Source of the DNA: an uncultured Gammaproteobacteria bacterium
GTDB lineage: Bacteria; Patescibacteriota; Patescibacteriia; Magasanikbacterales; UBA922
Assembly: GCA_964522405.1 (NCBI GenBank)
Contig: CAZFTR010000002.1
Location: 72,032 to 136,031 of the forward strand
DNA length: 64,000 bases
Reading direction: 5' to 3'
Made by a program: the position numbers and the translations under genes. Within the stretch, counting starts at the first letter, position 1; every line of letters begins with the position of its first letter. Shown piece by piece: positions 29,598 through 39,797 of this stretch. The notes beneath the pieces were generated by a model, which was not told where the DNA came from, did not search any database, and was given only the letters and a program-made list of their open reading frames with translations.

Positions 29598-31583
29598 ATG
29601 CATATCTGGCTAACTCTAGTGCCAGCAATTCTGGCCATTTTATATGGTTTTTTCTTAATTCAATGGATCAAAAAGCAGCCTGCAGGAGGAGACAAAATGC
29701 AGACAATTGCCAAAGCTATCCAAGAGGGCGCAAAAGCTTATCTTGGGCGCCAATATAAGACAATTGCAGTAGTTGCAATAGCGGTATTTGCACTACTTTG
29801 GTTTTTTATTGATCTAAACACAGGAATTGGATTTCTAGTTGGTGCAGTTTTATCTGGTCTTGCTGGATATCTGGGCATGACAATTTCTGTTCAAGCAAAT
29901 GTTCGAACTACAGAAGCTGCCAAAAAAGGTCTAAAAGAAGCTTTATCAATGGCTGTAAAAGGTGGATCTGTAACAGGTTTACTAGTTGTGGGTCTAGGAC
30001 TTCTGGGTGTTAGTGGATTTTACCTAATTTTCAAAGATGTAAATGCTCTTATCGGACTTGCATTTGGTGGAAGTCTTATTTCAATCTTTGCTCGTATTGG
30101 TGGTGGAATTTTTACCAAAGCTGCAGATGTTGGAGCTGACCTGGTAGGAAAAGTTGAAGCTGGAATTCCAGAAGATGATCCACGAAACCCGGCAGTTATT
30201 GCAGACAATGTGGGGGACAATGTCGGGGATTGTGCTGGAATGGCAGCTGACTTGTTTGAAACGTACGCTGTTACTGCTGTTGCTGCAATTCTTCTTGGAT
30301 ACTTAACTTTTAACAACAAAGAATCTGCAATTTTTTATCCACTTGTAATTGGTGGAGTATCAATTATTGCTTCAATCATTGGAACCTTCTTTATAAAACT
30401 TGGAAAAAAGAAAAATATAATGGGAGCCCTTTACAAGGGTCTAATAGTTTCAGCAATTCTTTCACTTGGGGCTTTCTGGTTTGTAAGTGATTGGTTTGCT
30501 CCAGGACTTGAAATGAAAACAACAGCGCTTTTCTACAGTGCTCTTGTTGGTGTAATTCTTACAGCACTTATGGTTTGGATTACAGAGTATTATACTTCTA
30601 CAGAATTTAAACCGGTAAAATCAATTGCAAAAGCAAGTGAAACAGGACATGGTACAAATGTAATTGCAGGTCTTGCTGTTTCTATGAAAGCAACCGCTCT
30701 CCCAGTAATTTTCATTGCAGCTGGAATGCTCGTAGCTTTTTCATTTGCAGGTTTGTATGGAGTTGCAATCGCAGCTATGGCCATGCTTTCCCTGACAGGA
30801 ATTATTGTAACAATTGATTCATATGGTCCTATTACTGATAATGCTGGTGGAATTGCTGAGATGGCAGAGCTTGGTGAAAGTGTCCGCGCTGTAACTGATC
30901 CACTTGACGCAGTTGGAAACACAACAAAAGCAGTTACCAAAGGATATGCAATCGGAAGTGCTGCTCTTGCTGCGCTTGTTTTATTTGCTGATTTTACGCA
31001 CAAGCTTACTGAAAATGGAATGGATACGGTTTTCAGAATTGACGATCCAAATGTACTTGTGGGATTATTTATTGGTGGACTTCTTCCGTACTTGTTCGGT
31101 GCTTACCTGATGGAATCAGTTGGAAAAGTTGCTGGATCTGTTGTAAAAGAAGTTAGAAGACAGTTCAAAGAAATTAAGGGAATTATGCAAGGTGAAGGGA
31201 AACCGGATTATGCAACTTGTGTAGATATTGTAACCAAGGGTGCAATCGGACAAATGGTTTTACCAGCCCTTATCCCGATTGTGGCTCCGATCTTGGTTGG
31301 TGTATTCCTGGGCGCAGCTGCACTTGGTGGATTACTTGTTGGTACAATTGTAACAGGAATATTTGTAGCACTATCCATGACAGCAGGTGGTGGAGCTTGG
31401 GACAATGCCAAGAAATATATTGAAGACGGAAATCATGGTGGAAAGGGAAGCGATGCCCATAAAGCCGCAGTAACAGGGGATACAGTTGGTGATCCCTACA
31501 AAGACACTGCTGGTCCTGCTATTAATCCTATGATTAAGGTGGCAAATATTGTTGCACTGCTTATTGTTGGATTATTGAAGTAG
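29598..31583 (+). CDS. hppA: Membrane H+-translocating pyrophosphatase, K+-independent type
   Basis: [35 protein letters not shown] (Lys = K+-independent signature), [10 protein letters not shown]. Confidence 0.95.
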   Translation: MHIWLTLVPAILAILYGFFLIQWIKKQPAGGDKMQTIAKAIQEGAKAYLGRQYKTIAVVAIAVFALLWFFIDLNTGIGFLVGAVLSGLAGYLGMTISVQANVRTTEAAKKGLKEALSMAVKGGSVTGLLVVGLGLLGVSGFYLIFKDVNALIGLAFGGSLISIFARIGGGIFTKAADVGADLVGKVEAGIPEDDPRNPAVIADNVGDNVGDCAGMAADLFETYAVTAVAAILLGYLTFNNKESAIFYPLVIGGVSIIASIIGTFFIKLGKKKNIMGALYKGLIVSAILSLGAFWFVSDWFAPGLEMKTTALFYSALVGVILTALMVWITEYYTSTEFKPVKSIAKASETGHGTNVIAGLAVSMKATALPVIFIAAGMLVAFSFAGLYGVAIAAMAMLSLTGIIVTIDSYGPITDNAGGIAEMAELGESVRAVTDPLDAVGNTTKAVTKGYAIGSAALAALVLFADFTHKLTENGMDTVFRIDDPNVLVGLFIGGLLPYLFGAYLMESVGKVAGSVVKEVRRQFKEIKGIMQGEGKPDYATCVDIVTKGAIGQMVLPALIPIVAPILVGVFLGAAALGGLLVGTIVTGIFVALSMTAGGGAWDNAKKYIEDGNHGGKGSDAHKAAVTGDTVGDPYKDTAGPAINPMIKVANIVALLIVGLLK

Positions 31584-31604
31584 AATTTATAGCTTAAAAC
31601 TACT

Positions 31605-31635
31605 AAAACTCTGCTAAATTTAGCAGAGTTTTTTT
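31605..31635 (+). terminator. Intrinsic terminator of hppA
   Basis: aaaactctgcta-aatt-tagcagagttttttt. Confidence 0.85.
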
Positions 31636-31796
31636 GATCATATCTTGACAAAACAGGATTTTTGTGTTATATTAATTTGTTATTTTCAGGACTTCGTTCC
31701 AGCTTTTTAGTTGCTTTTTTAGGCAGTTGAAAAGCCGGAGCGGAGAATAGATAGAGAAAACGTTGCGGTCGCCGGTGCCGCAGGAGGGAAGAAGAT

Positions 31797-32240
31797 ATGG
31801 AGAGGTTGCTTAACCTCTGGGACAATTTCGCCGACTGGCGCTGGACCCCGGTCATCGGGATCTTGGTGGCTCTCGTGCTCATCGTCGGCCTCATTCGCGA
31901 GGCGTCGTACATGATCGGGATGGAGCCGATCATCGGTGAGCAGTTCGCGGCCGAGGTCGGTGCTTCCTACTGTCAGGCGGCTCACGCCGACCCGGAGTGG
32001 GGAGCTGCTGAGCTCCGGGCCTGTGGCGCGCGGCTCGAGCAGCTGGTCACGCCCGAGGAGTGGGACGAGCTCAAGCCGACGATCATCTCGGTCTACTCCG
32101 AGGAATGCGTTCCTGTCAACCTCGGCCTCTGCGCTGAGATCGAGGCTCGGTACAAGACGCTCGAGGACGATCCTCATCTCGGAATGCTCGTCGTGGCCCG
32201 CGACTTCGTCTGGCTGCGACGCGGCCTGTACGGAGACTAG
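31797..32240 (+). CDS. Orphan membrane-anchored protein (GC-rich islet)
   Basis: TTGACA(31645)-17-TATATT promoter, AGGAGG SD, one TM helix, 4 Cys, strong G/C third-position bias. Confidence 0.75.
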   Translation: MERLLNLWDNFADWRWTPVIGILVALVLIVGLIREASYMIGMEPIIGEQFAAEVGASYCQAAHADPEWGAAELRACGARLEQLVTPEEWDELKPTIISVYSEECVPVNLGLCAEIEARYKTLEDDPHLGMLVVARDFVWLRRGLYGD

Positions 32241-32274
32241 GCCGCGAGCCAGGTTCGAACGTTCATCTCGCGTT

Positions 32275-32390
32275 GGTAGGCGAGATTCTGTTCTTTTCTT
32301 TTACGCTTTCATTGGAGACGAAGGCGTTCCCGGCGACAACTACCAGTCGCCATCGGAACTATGTTTTTTTGAAAAAGAAAATATTGACCA
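32275..32390 (+). repeat. 116-bp direct repeat, copy 1
   Basis: Same as 32836-32951 except 2 transitions. Confidence 0.95.
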
Positions 32391-32534
32391 ATAAAAAATT
32401 GCTTTCTTAAGCATTTTTTTATTTTCTACAGGTCTTGACAAAAGCTAAAATATATGTTATAGTCTTTTGTTATTTTTTGTTCCAGTCTAGTAGTTACTTA
32501 TTAGGTGCTTATTAGATCGGAGTAAGGAGCCATC

Positions 32535-32840
32535 ATGGACTTGTCGGTTCGTTTGGATCGCTGGATTCTGGTATGGGTCATTGCTTCCGCGCTGGTCGTC
32601 TTCGGCGTGCTGGTGTTCTCCACCAACGATTGGATGGAGTTCAACAGCGTAAACGTTGAGATCGACTTCGTTGCCGTCAGACTGGCCTCGGTCGTAGACG
32701 ACAACTCCGAGCAGGAGCAGCCGACGGCCAGTCCGACCGTCTACGCTCTGCGTCCCGGAATCCGTCCCGGGATCAGGATGTGGGACCATTCGGCCCACGA
32801 GTATCGCGTGGTAGCACGACTCGACCACCCGCGCCGGTAG
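32535..32840 (+). CDS. Orphan small membrane-anchored protein (GC-rich islet)
   Basis: TTGACA(32435)-17-TATAGT promoter, AAGGAG SD, N-terminal TM; stop codon lies inside repeat copy 2. Confidence 0.7.
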   Translation: MDLSVRLDRWILVWVIASALVVFGVLVFSTNDWMEFNSVNVEIDFVAVRLASVVDDNSEQEQPTASPTVYALRPGIRPGIRMWDHSAHEYRVVARLDHPRR

Positions 32841-32951
32841 GCGGGATTCTGTTCTTTTCTTTTACGCTTTCATTGGAGACGAAGGCGTTCCCGGCGACAA
32901 CTACCAGTCGCCACCGGAACTATGTTTTTTTGAAAAAGAAAATATTGACCA
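32836..32951 (+). repeat. 116-bp direct repeat, copy 2
   Basis: Offset 561 bp from copy 1. Confidence 0.95.
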
Positions 32952-33050
32952 CATAAAAAACACGTGTAAACCGTGTTTTTTTGTTTTGGTAAATTTCCTT
33001 GCCTCGCCCCGATTCTCACCGGGGCGAAGCTGGTTGGCGACCTTGGTCGC

Positions 33051-33170
33051 TCAGGTGATGCAGGATCCGCCGATCAGGAGACCGGCAAAAGCAAAGGCCA
33101 GCGCTACGACCCTGATCATGTGCCAGAAGTCGGTCGGCTGTCCGTAACTGCGTCCACTCCGATTGCTCAA
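33051..33170 (-). CDS. 39-aa single-TM small protein not in the ORF track (GC-rich islet)
   Basis: MSNRSGRSYGQPTDFWHMIRVVALAFAFAGLLIGGSCIT; GGAGG SD before TTG; TTGACC-18-TAAAAT promoter; 3' hairpins. Confidence 0.6.
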   Translation of the reverse strand: MSNRSGRSYGQPTDFWHMIRVVALAFAFAGLLIGGSCIT

Positions 33171-33291
33171 AACTTGTCCTCCCAGACTACATTTTAGACC
33201 TTTTTTGCCTAATAGGTCAAATAAGGCTAAATCATTGACTTTTTAGGCATTTTAGAATATAATCAATCCACACTTATAAAAATTCAAATTT

Positions 33292-35322
33292 ATGAACGTT
33301 ACTGAATTAGCCAGAAAATTACGAGTTAATACCAAAGAACTTTTGGAAATTTTGCCTGAGCATGGTTTTGATATAGGAAAAAAGGCTATTAAGATCGATG
33401 ATAAGGTTGCGCAACAAGTTATGCGTAAATGGAGATTTATAAAAAAAGAACTTGAAGAGAGAAAAGCCAAAGAACTTGAAGAGAGAAAAGCCAAAGAAAA
33501 AGAACTTCGAAAAGAAATGGGGCAAACTGTTAAATTGCCTTCTTTTATTACTGTTCGAGAATTTGCTGAAAAAATGGAGCTTCCAACCACTCAAGTTATT
33601 ATGGAGCTGATGAAAAATGGAATTCTTGCCAATCAAAACCAAGATATTGATTATGAAACAGCAGCAATTATTGCCGAGGAGCTGGGATTTGGAGTTGAGC
33701 AGGCTGGATCAGATTCAGATCAAGTACAACAAGATTCTTCGAGAGAAGAAGATTTGGAAAAAGCAATTGCTTCAGGAGATGATCGACAAACAAGGCCCCC
33801 GGTTATTGTTATTATGGGTCATGTTGATCATGGTAAAACTTTACTTTTAGATACTATTAGAAAAGCTGATGTTATTTCCGGAGAAGCTGGGGGAATTACT
33901 CAGCATATCGGGGCTTACCAAACTATTTGGGAAGATCCTAAAACAAAGGAAAAAAGAGCAATCAGTTTTATTGATACTCCGGGACATGAAGCTTTTACTA
34001 TGATGAGAAGTCGTGGTGCAAAAGTTGCAGATATTGCCATTTTGATTGTTGCAGCTGACGATGGTGTTAAACCACAGACCAAAGAAGCAATTGATATTAT
34101 CAAGGCTGCCAAACTTCCATTTGTGGTGGCTGTAAACAAGATAGATAAGCCAGGCGCTGATCCGCAAAAAGTTAGAACAGAATTATCTCAACATGGAATT
34201 CTTACTGAGGAATGGGGTGGAGATATTCAAATGGTAGATATTTCTGCAAAAGAAAATACAAATATTGATAAATTATTGGATGTTCTTCTTCTTGTTGCAG
34301 ATATGAATGAAGAGTCTATACAAGCCGATGCTTCCATGCCGGCAGCCGGAACTGTAATTGAATCACATGTAGACAAGGGAATGGGCGCTGTTGCAACAGT
34401 GCTGATTCAGTCAGGAACCCTTAAGAAAGGGAATAAATTGGTTGTGAATGGTGAGATCTATGGAAAAGTAAGAGCAATGAAAGATCATCGGGGCGAAGAC
34501 ATGCAGGAGGCAGGTCCATCTGTACCAGCTCAAATTCTTGGATTCAAAGTTGCTCCTGTTGTTGGAGATGTGCTTGATGTTTCAAAATCAGATACTGCCA
34601 GTGAAATTGATGTAAAAAAGAAAAAAGTAGAACAAACCGGAGCTGAGCGCTCAACAGTTCTTGACTCAATGCAATCAGAAGATGAAGATGATGGCGGAAA
34701 GAAAACAATCAATTTGGTTATAAAAGCAGACGTGCTTGGTTCTCTTGAGGCAATTATTGCTTCTCTTTCAAAAATTAAACATCCAGAGGTTGGAATTAAA
34801 ATTATTGGAAAGGGTCTTGGAAATATAACAGAAGACGATGTTAGAAAAGTGGAGGAGCCAAATACCAGTATAGTTGGTTTTAATGTAAATGCCACTCCTG
34901 TAGCAAAAGACATGATTCAGGAAAAAGATATCCACTTTTTGCAGTACTCTGTTATTTATGATTTAATTAATTGGGTCAAACAAGAGCTTGGAAAGCTTCT
35001 GGAAGACGAAAAAATTATAACAGAACTTGGAAAATTAAAAGTTTTGGCAATTTTCAAAAAAGAAAAAGGCTCAATGATTGTTGGTGCAAAAGTAGAAGAT
35101 GGTAAAGCTATCAAAAAAGAAAAAGTAAGGGTAAAAAGAGAAGGTGTTGTTATGGGAACTGGAGAAATAAAAGAATTAAAAGTTGGGCAGCAAGTTTCAA
35201 AAGAAGTTTCAGTTGGAACAGAATGTGGACTTGAAATTATAACTAGAGAGAAAATTCAAGAAGGAGATGTTTTAGAAGTTTACAAAGAAGAATCAAAAAC
35301 AAGAGATCTAGAGACTATTTAA
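33292..35322 (+). CDS. infB: Translation initiation factor IF-2
   Basis: RPPVIVIMGHVDHGKT, DTPGHEAF, NKID, KADVLGSLEAI. Confidence 0.97.
   Translation: MNVTELARKLRVNTKELLEILPEHGFDIGKKAIKIDDKVAQQVMRKWRFIKKELEERKAKELEERKAKEKELRKEMGQTVKLPSFITVREFAEKMELPTTQVIMELMKNGILANQNQDIDYETAAIIAEELGFGVEQAGSDSDQVQQDSSREEDLEKAIASGDDRQTRPPVIVIMGHVDHGKTLLLDTIRKADVISGEAGGITQHIGAYQTIWEDPKTKEKRAISFIDTPGHEAFTMMRSRGAKVADIAILIVAADDGVKPQTKEAIDIIKAAKLPFVVAVNKIDKPGADPQKVRTELSQHGILTEEWGGDIQMVDISAKENTNIDKLLDVLLLVADMNEESIQADASMPAAGTVIESHVDKGMGAVATVLIQSGTLKKGNKLVVNGEIYGKVRAMKDHRGEDMQEAGPSVPAQILGFKVAPVVGDVLDVSKSDTASEIDVKKKKVEQTGAERSTVLDSMQSEDEDDGGKKTINLVIKADVLGSLEAIIASLSKIKHPEVGIKIIGKGLGNITEDDVRKVEEPNTSIVGFNVNATPVAKDMIQEKDIHFLQYSVIYDLINWVKQELGKLLEDEKIITELGKLKVLAIFKKEKGSMIVGAKVEDGKAIKKEKVRVKREGVVMGTGEIKELKVGQQVSKEVSVGTECGLEIITREKIQEGDVLEVYKEESKTRDLETI
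33445..33498 (+). repeat. 24-bp in-frame tandem duplication in infB (KELEERKA x2)
   Basis: aaagaacttgaagagagaaaagcc twice. Confidence 0.85.
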
Positions 35323-35330
35323 AATCTTCT

Positions 35331-36155
35331 ATGGTTGTGGAACGAGAAAATCTACCATCTGGTGAACAAAAATCAGAAATTAAAAAACCAAAATTAGAAG
35401 TTGTTTCTCAAGGACCTTCTGACCAGTCTGAACCGGTAGCGCCGATGAATATTGATCGCGGTACTGTTCGTGAATCTCGAGTAACTCTTGTGAAAGAAAA
35501 TGGTGGCTATCTGGGTCAGGCAGAGGTTGGAAAAGCAATTGTGCAAAAAACAGTTTTTGAGCCTAGGGAAGCAGATCTTGAGCCAGGAGAGAGTAAGGAA
35601 CAAGCATTTGCTGAAAAAATAAATGAGTCCGAAACACCAGCTGAGGAAGCTAGAGAAATAAAACAGGAAATACAAAAAGAACATATTGAGGCTGCAGTTG
35701 AATTGTTTTGTCTTGAATATTATAAACGTTCAGGCGCTGCTGTGTATGAGGCAAAAACCATTACTCTTGGAGAGCGCGGAACCCAGAATAGGACGGCTGA
35801 TTTAACTGGGGAGGTTAGCCATAGGACAGAATTTCAATACGTAATTTCAAGAAGTGGAAAGAAACAAATGAAAGATCTTCTAAGTAGTGATTTGCCAGGA
35901 TTTATTACTAGAGATGGTTATAGATTTGATTTAGACCCCACAAAAGGAGATCTGCTAGGAGACAGAGGATTTACTGTTACTTTAAATATTACTGATCAAT
36001 TTGGAAATGAAAGACCGATAGATATTAATTTTTTCTACGGTGATGATGGAACTTCTGAAGACGAATCGGAAGATGAGTCAAAGATTGTAAATTTGAGTGA
36101 AAGAAGAGACCAAAAAAGAGAAGATGCAGATCATGATCAGGCTTTGGCAGCTTAA
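35331..36155 (+). CDS. Hypothetical acidic protein
   Basis: 274-aa ORF packed between infB and trxA; no recognised motif. Confidence 0.7.
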   Translation: MVVERENLPSGEQKSEIKKPKLEVVSQGPSDQSEPVAPMNIDRGTVRESRVTLVKENGGYLGQAEVGKAIVQKTVFEPREADLEPGESKEQAFAEKINESETPAEEAREIKQEIQKEHIEAAVELFCLEYYKRSGAAVYEAKTITLGERGTQNRTADLTGEVSHRTEFQYVISRSGKKQMKDLLSSDLPGFITRDGYRFDLDPTKGDLLGDRGFTVTLNITDQFGNERPIDINFFYGDDGTSEDESEDESKIVNLSERRDQKREDADHDQALAA

Positions 36156-36186
36156 TTTAAATAAATTTATTAATTTTATAGAAAAT

Positions 36187-36513
36187 ATGGCAGAATTAAA
36201 TATTACAGATGCAAATTTTGAAGAGGAAGTTCTTAAATCAGAAGTTCCTGTTTTATTGGATTTTTGGGCTCCATGGTGCGGTCCTTGTCAGATGATGGGT
36301 CCAATTATCGAAGAGCTTGCAGCTGAATATGAAGCTGGAAAAGTAAAAATCGCAAAATTAAATGTAGATGAAAATCCGGCAACAGCTGGAAAATATCAGG
36401 TTATGAGTATTCCAACTTTTATTTTATTCAAAGGCGGTGAAGCAGCTGACAAGATGACCGGTGGAATTCCAAAAGAAAAATTAAAAGATTTTGTTGATAA
36501 AGGAATTGCTTAA
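36187..36513 (+). CDS. trxA: Thioredoxin
   Basis: DFWAPWCGPC; start MAELNITD. Confidence 0.96.
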   Translation: MAELNITDANFEEEVLKSEVPVLLDFWAPWCGPCQMMGPIIEELAAEYEAGKVKIAKLNVDENPATAGKYQVMSIPTFILFKGGEAADKMTGGIPKEKLKDFVDKGIA

Positions 36514-36559
36514 AAAAATATTTATAAAAAAGCTCTGTGAAACAGGGCTTTTTTATTTG

Positions 36560-36736
36560 TCAAAGTCTCAATAGAGATATTTCTTTTCGTATAGGTTCAA
36601 GTTCATTTCGAATTGTATCGGCAATTTCTTTTTTTGCTTTCCAAACTATGGCAAGGAGAGCTGAAAAAATAGAAATAATAGCAATTAAAACTGATAATGC
36701 ATTTACATTAAATGAAATTACAGTTTCTGGATTCAT
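36560..36736 (-). CDS. 58-aa single-TM/coiled-coil small protein or gene remnant
   Basis: MNPETVISFNVNALSVLIAIISIFSALLAIVWKAKKEIADTIRNELEPIRKEISLLRL, translated by hand. Confidence 0.5.
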   Translation of the reverse strand: MNPETVISFNVNALSVLIAIISIFSALLAIVWKAKKEIADTIRNELEPIRKEISLLRL

Positions 36737-36900
36737 AAACAGTTTATTTAATAGTAAATTTAGTGTAACAGACTTAGTATAGCATACTCCATTTACTATT
36801 TTTTTGTTTTATTAAAAAAAATTAAACTCAGATTAATTTAGTTGTGGTTTTAAGTATTTTTTTATATACTGAAAATATTACTCATTAATAAAATATTTAT

Positions 36901-37833
36901 ATGAAAAAAGAATATAAGATTTTTGGATATTTTTTGCTTGCCATTGCAGCTATTTTCGTGGTTGTATTTGTTATCAATGCTTTTTCTAGTAGAGGTGGTC
37001 TTGGGGTCAGTCCTGGTTATGGTCCAAAAGTGTTATCCAAGCAATCAGTTGTTGAGTATGGAGAAGCAATGCCAGCACTCTACGCTTCTCAAGATGAAGA
37101 TTTTTATGATGACGGTACATTTGAGTCAGAATCAGCGGTTGACATGGATGAGCGAATGATAATTAAAACTTCAGAACTTTCAGTTGTGGTTGAAGATGTC
37201 GCAAGTTCAGTTAAATCAATTACTAAATTTGCTACAGAAAATAATGGTTTTGTGGTTTCAAGTGATATAAGTAAATATAATCAGATTCCTTCGGCAACAG
37301 TTGTAATTCGAATTCCATCAGAGGTATTTGATTCAGGAGTAGAAGAAATCAAAAAAATAGGAGATGTTAAAAGTCAGTTTATAAAAGGTGATGACGTAAC
37401 AGAAGAATATGTAGATTTGGACGCTCAAATTAAAAATTTAAAAGCAACAGAAGAGCAATTTCTTGCGATTATGAAAAAAGCAGTCAAAATCGAAGATATT
37501 TTGGCAGTTCAAAGAGAGTTAAGCAATGTTAGATCAAATATAGAGAGAATTGAAGGAAGAATGAAATACTTGCGAGAGAGTGTGAAACTTTCTACTATCA
37601 CAATTCATCTTTCTAGTGATCCGGCATCACTTCCAGTTGTTGATCAAGAAGATAAATGGAAGCCGCTCGCCACTATCAAAGATGCAGTACGCGGACTTTT
37701 TGATAGTTTGAAAGTGTTTGCAGATTTTGTGATTTGGTTTGTAGTTTACATTCCAGTATTTGTGATCTACGCAGCACTTTTTTATCTGTTGTATAGATTT
37801 GGATTTTGGGTTTTTTACAAAATTAAAAAATAA
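36901..37833 (+). CDS. DUF4349 domain protein
   Basis: RMIIKT, IRIPS, DVTEEYVDL, IERIEGR; N- and C-terminal TM. Confidence 0.88.
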   Translation: MKKEYKIFGYFLLAIAAIFVVVFVINAFSSRGGLGVSPGYGPKVLSKQSVVEYGEAMPALYASQDEDFYDDGTFESESAVDMDERMIIKTSELSVVVEDVASSVKSITKFATENNGFVVSSDISKYNQIPSATVVIRIPSEVFDSGVEEIKKIGDVKSQFIKGDDVTEEYVDLDAQIKNLKATEEQFLAIMKKAVKIEDILAVQRELSNVRSNIERIEGRMKYLRESVKLSTITIHLSSDPASLPVVDQEDKWKPLATIKDAVRGLFDSLKVFADFVIWFVVYIPVFVIYAALFYLLYRFGFWVFYKIKK

Positions 37834-37953
37834 TAAAAATGGTCTCGCAAGAGGCCTTTTTTTGTTATTGTAGATAAAATTTAACAACACTTGACTATTT
37901 ATTTTAAAAGCGTAAAATTAAGGGGCTAATTTATTCATTTTTATTTTTTAAAT

Positions 37954-39180
37954 ATGCAAAATCCTTTTGAAAATGCCATGAGTCAGCTAGATAAGGCTGC
38001 AAAGGTTATGAATCTGAATAAAGATACTCATGAGATACTAAGACATCCAGAGAGGGTGCTCACAGTGTCAATTCCAGTAAAGATGGATGATGGGTCAACA
38101 AAAGTATTTACAGGTTTTAGAAGTCAGTACAATAGCGCTCGTGGGCCATACAAGGGTGGAATTCGCTATCACTGGAACGTAACACTTGATGAAGTAAAAG
38201 CCTTGTCATTTTGGATGGCTATGAAATGCGCCGTGGCTGGAATTCCACTAGGTGGAGGGAAGGGTGGAATTATTGTAAATCCAAAAGAGCTTTCAGAGGG
38301 TGAACTTGAAAGATTGTCTCGTGGATTTATCCAGAAAATTTACAGATATATTGGCTCAGACAAAGATATTCCAGCACCTGATGTGTATACAACTCCACAG
38401 ATTATGGCTTGGATGAGAGATGAATATGAAAAACTTGTAGGGCATGAAGATCCAGGAGTTATTACAGGAAAACCACTTGATCAAGGTGGTTCAGAAGGAA
38501 GAGGATATTCAACAGCACAGGGCGGTTTCTATTGTCTTCGCGAGTCAGCCAAGAAACTTGGACTAGAACCAGCAAATACCAAAGTTGCAATTCAGGGATT
38601 TGGGAATGCTGGAAGTTTTATGGCCAAGATTTTATCAAAAGCAGGATACAAAGTAGTGGCAGTTACAGATTCTCGTGGCGGAGTGATGAATATGGAAGGT
38701 CTTGATGTGGAAGCGGTTTCTGCTCACAAAGAACAAACCAGATCAGTAGCTGATGCGCCAGGCACACAGCCGATAAGTAACGAAGAAATTCTTGAGCTGG
38801 ATGTAGATGTGCTTGTCCCTGCAGCACTAGAAAATGTAATTACGCAGGAGAATGCAGCAAATATCAAAGCAAAAGTAATTATTGAGTTGGCAAATGGTCC
38901 AGTAACTCCAGAAGCAGATGAAATTCTTCATTCAAATGGAATTTTGTTTGTGCCAGACATTCTTGCGAATGCTGGAGGAGTAACAGTCAGTTGTTTTGAG
39001 TGGCAGCAAAATGTTCGTGGAGAACATTGGACAGAAGAAGATGTAATTGAAAAATTAGATAAGCTCATGGTAGAAGCTTTTGATGCTGTTTGGGATGTTA
39101 AAGAAAAGCATGGTATTGATATGAGAACAGCTGCTTTTGTGCATGCGACTGGTTTGATCGAAGAGGCGATGAAGAAATAG
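37954..39180 (+). CDS. gdhA: Glu/Leu/Phe/Val dehydrogenase (glutamate dehydrogenase)
   Basis: GPYKGGIRY, GGGKGG, DIPAPDV, QGFGNAG, ELANGP, NAGGV. Confidence 0.93.
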   Translation: MQNPFENAMSQLDKAAKVMNLNKDTHEILRHPERVLTVSIPVKMDDGSTKVFTGFRSQYNSARGPYKGGIRYHWNVTLDEVKALSFWMAMKCAVAGIPLGGGKGGIIVNPKELSEGELERLSRGFIQKIYRYIGSDKDIPAPDVYTTPQIMAWMRDEYEKLVGHEDPGVITGKPLDQGGSEGRGYSTAQGGFYCLRESAKKLGLEPANTKVAIQGFGNAGSFMAKILSKAGYKVVAVTDSRGGVMNMEGLDVEAVSAHKEQTRSVADAPGTQPISNEEILELDVDVLVPAALENVITQENAANIKAKVIIELANGPVTPEADEILHSNGILFVPDILANAGGVTVSCFEWQQNVRGEHWTEEDVIEKLDKLMVEAFDAVWDVKEKHGIDMRTAAFVHATGLIEEAMKK

Positions 39181-39197
39181 AATTAAAGAAATATTAG

Positions 39198-39225
39198 AAA
39201 ACCCTCAAGAAATTGAGGGTTTTTT
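39198..39225. terminator. Bidirectional terminator
   Basis: aaaaccctcaa-gaaa-ttgagggtttttt. Confidence 0.85.
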
Positions 39226-39274
39226 GATTGTGGAACCGAAGGTGGACGGAGATCTCCTTCGGTAGGTGTTGTTG

Positions 39275-39682
39275 TCAGGGAGTCTCGCCCTCGTAGAGCT
39301 TGGGACAGTGCCGGCGCAGGCGGGCGCGCCAGCGATCATTGGCGCACTCAGCCGGGCACCAGAATCCGAGTCTGCACATCAGGCGCTCGGCCAGCCGGTA
39401 GCCGATCTCGCGGATGTCACCGACCGCCTGGGTGCCGATGAACCGGTGCGGAATCCCGCAGCGGTCGAGAAAGGTCAGTGCTCGGGTGCAGGGGTCGGTT
39501 TCTCTTCCAACCCAGCTGAACTCCTCGGAGATGTATCCGTCTTCGAGGGCGCGCGTCAGACGCGCGCCGAAGCCGAACTCGATGAGGGGTCTGGGGTTCC
39601 CTTCGACGATTTCACAGAGAACCAGGATGCCACGGTGATCTCTGTCACCGAGGATCCGCATCATGTGGCGGTATTCTGTCAT
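39275..39682 (-). CDS. Orphan protein (GC-rich islet)
   Basis: TTGCAA-17-TAATAT promoter (39739-39711), GGAGAAGG SD, G/C-ending codons, 3' hairpin accgaagg/ccttcggt. Confidence 0.65.
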   Translation of the reverse strand: MTEYRHMMRILGDRDHRGILVLCEIVEGNPRPLIEFGFGARLTRALEDGYISEEFSWVGRETDPCTRALTFLDRCGIPHRFIGTQAVGDIREIGYRLAERLMCRLGFWCPAECANDRWRARLRRHCPKLYEGETP

Positions 39683-39797
39683 ATTTGCCTACCTTCTCCG
39701 TCCAAAAAACATATTAAAACAAATAGATATTTTTTGCAAGTAAGATTTAATGTTTTTCTTGCATTTTCAGCCATTTTTTAGTAGCATAGGATATGCT

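Noticed and set aside
31719-32394. Overlapping alternative ORFs in the GC islets (also 26789+, 32487-, 39266+)
   Set aside because: Shadow frames typical of GC-rich DNA; they lack the promoter and SD that mark the chosen frame
32275-32951. Repeat pair as DGR template/variable repeats, CRISPR or integron attC sites
   Set aside because: Only 2 differences and not adenine-specific on one strand; essentially non-coding; no RT, cas or integrase in the window; too long for a CRISPR repeat; no attC end motifs
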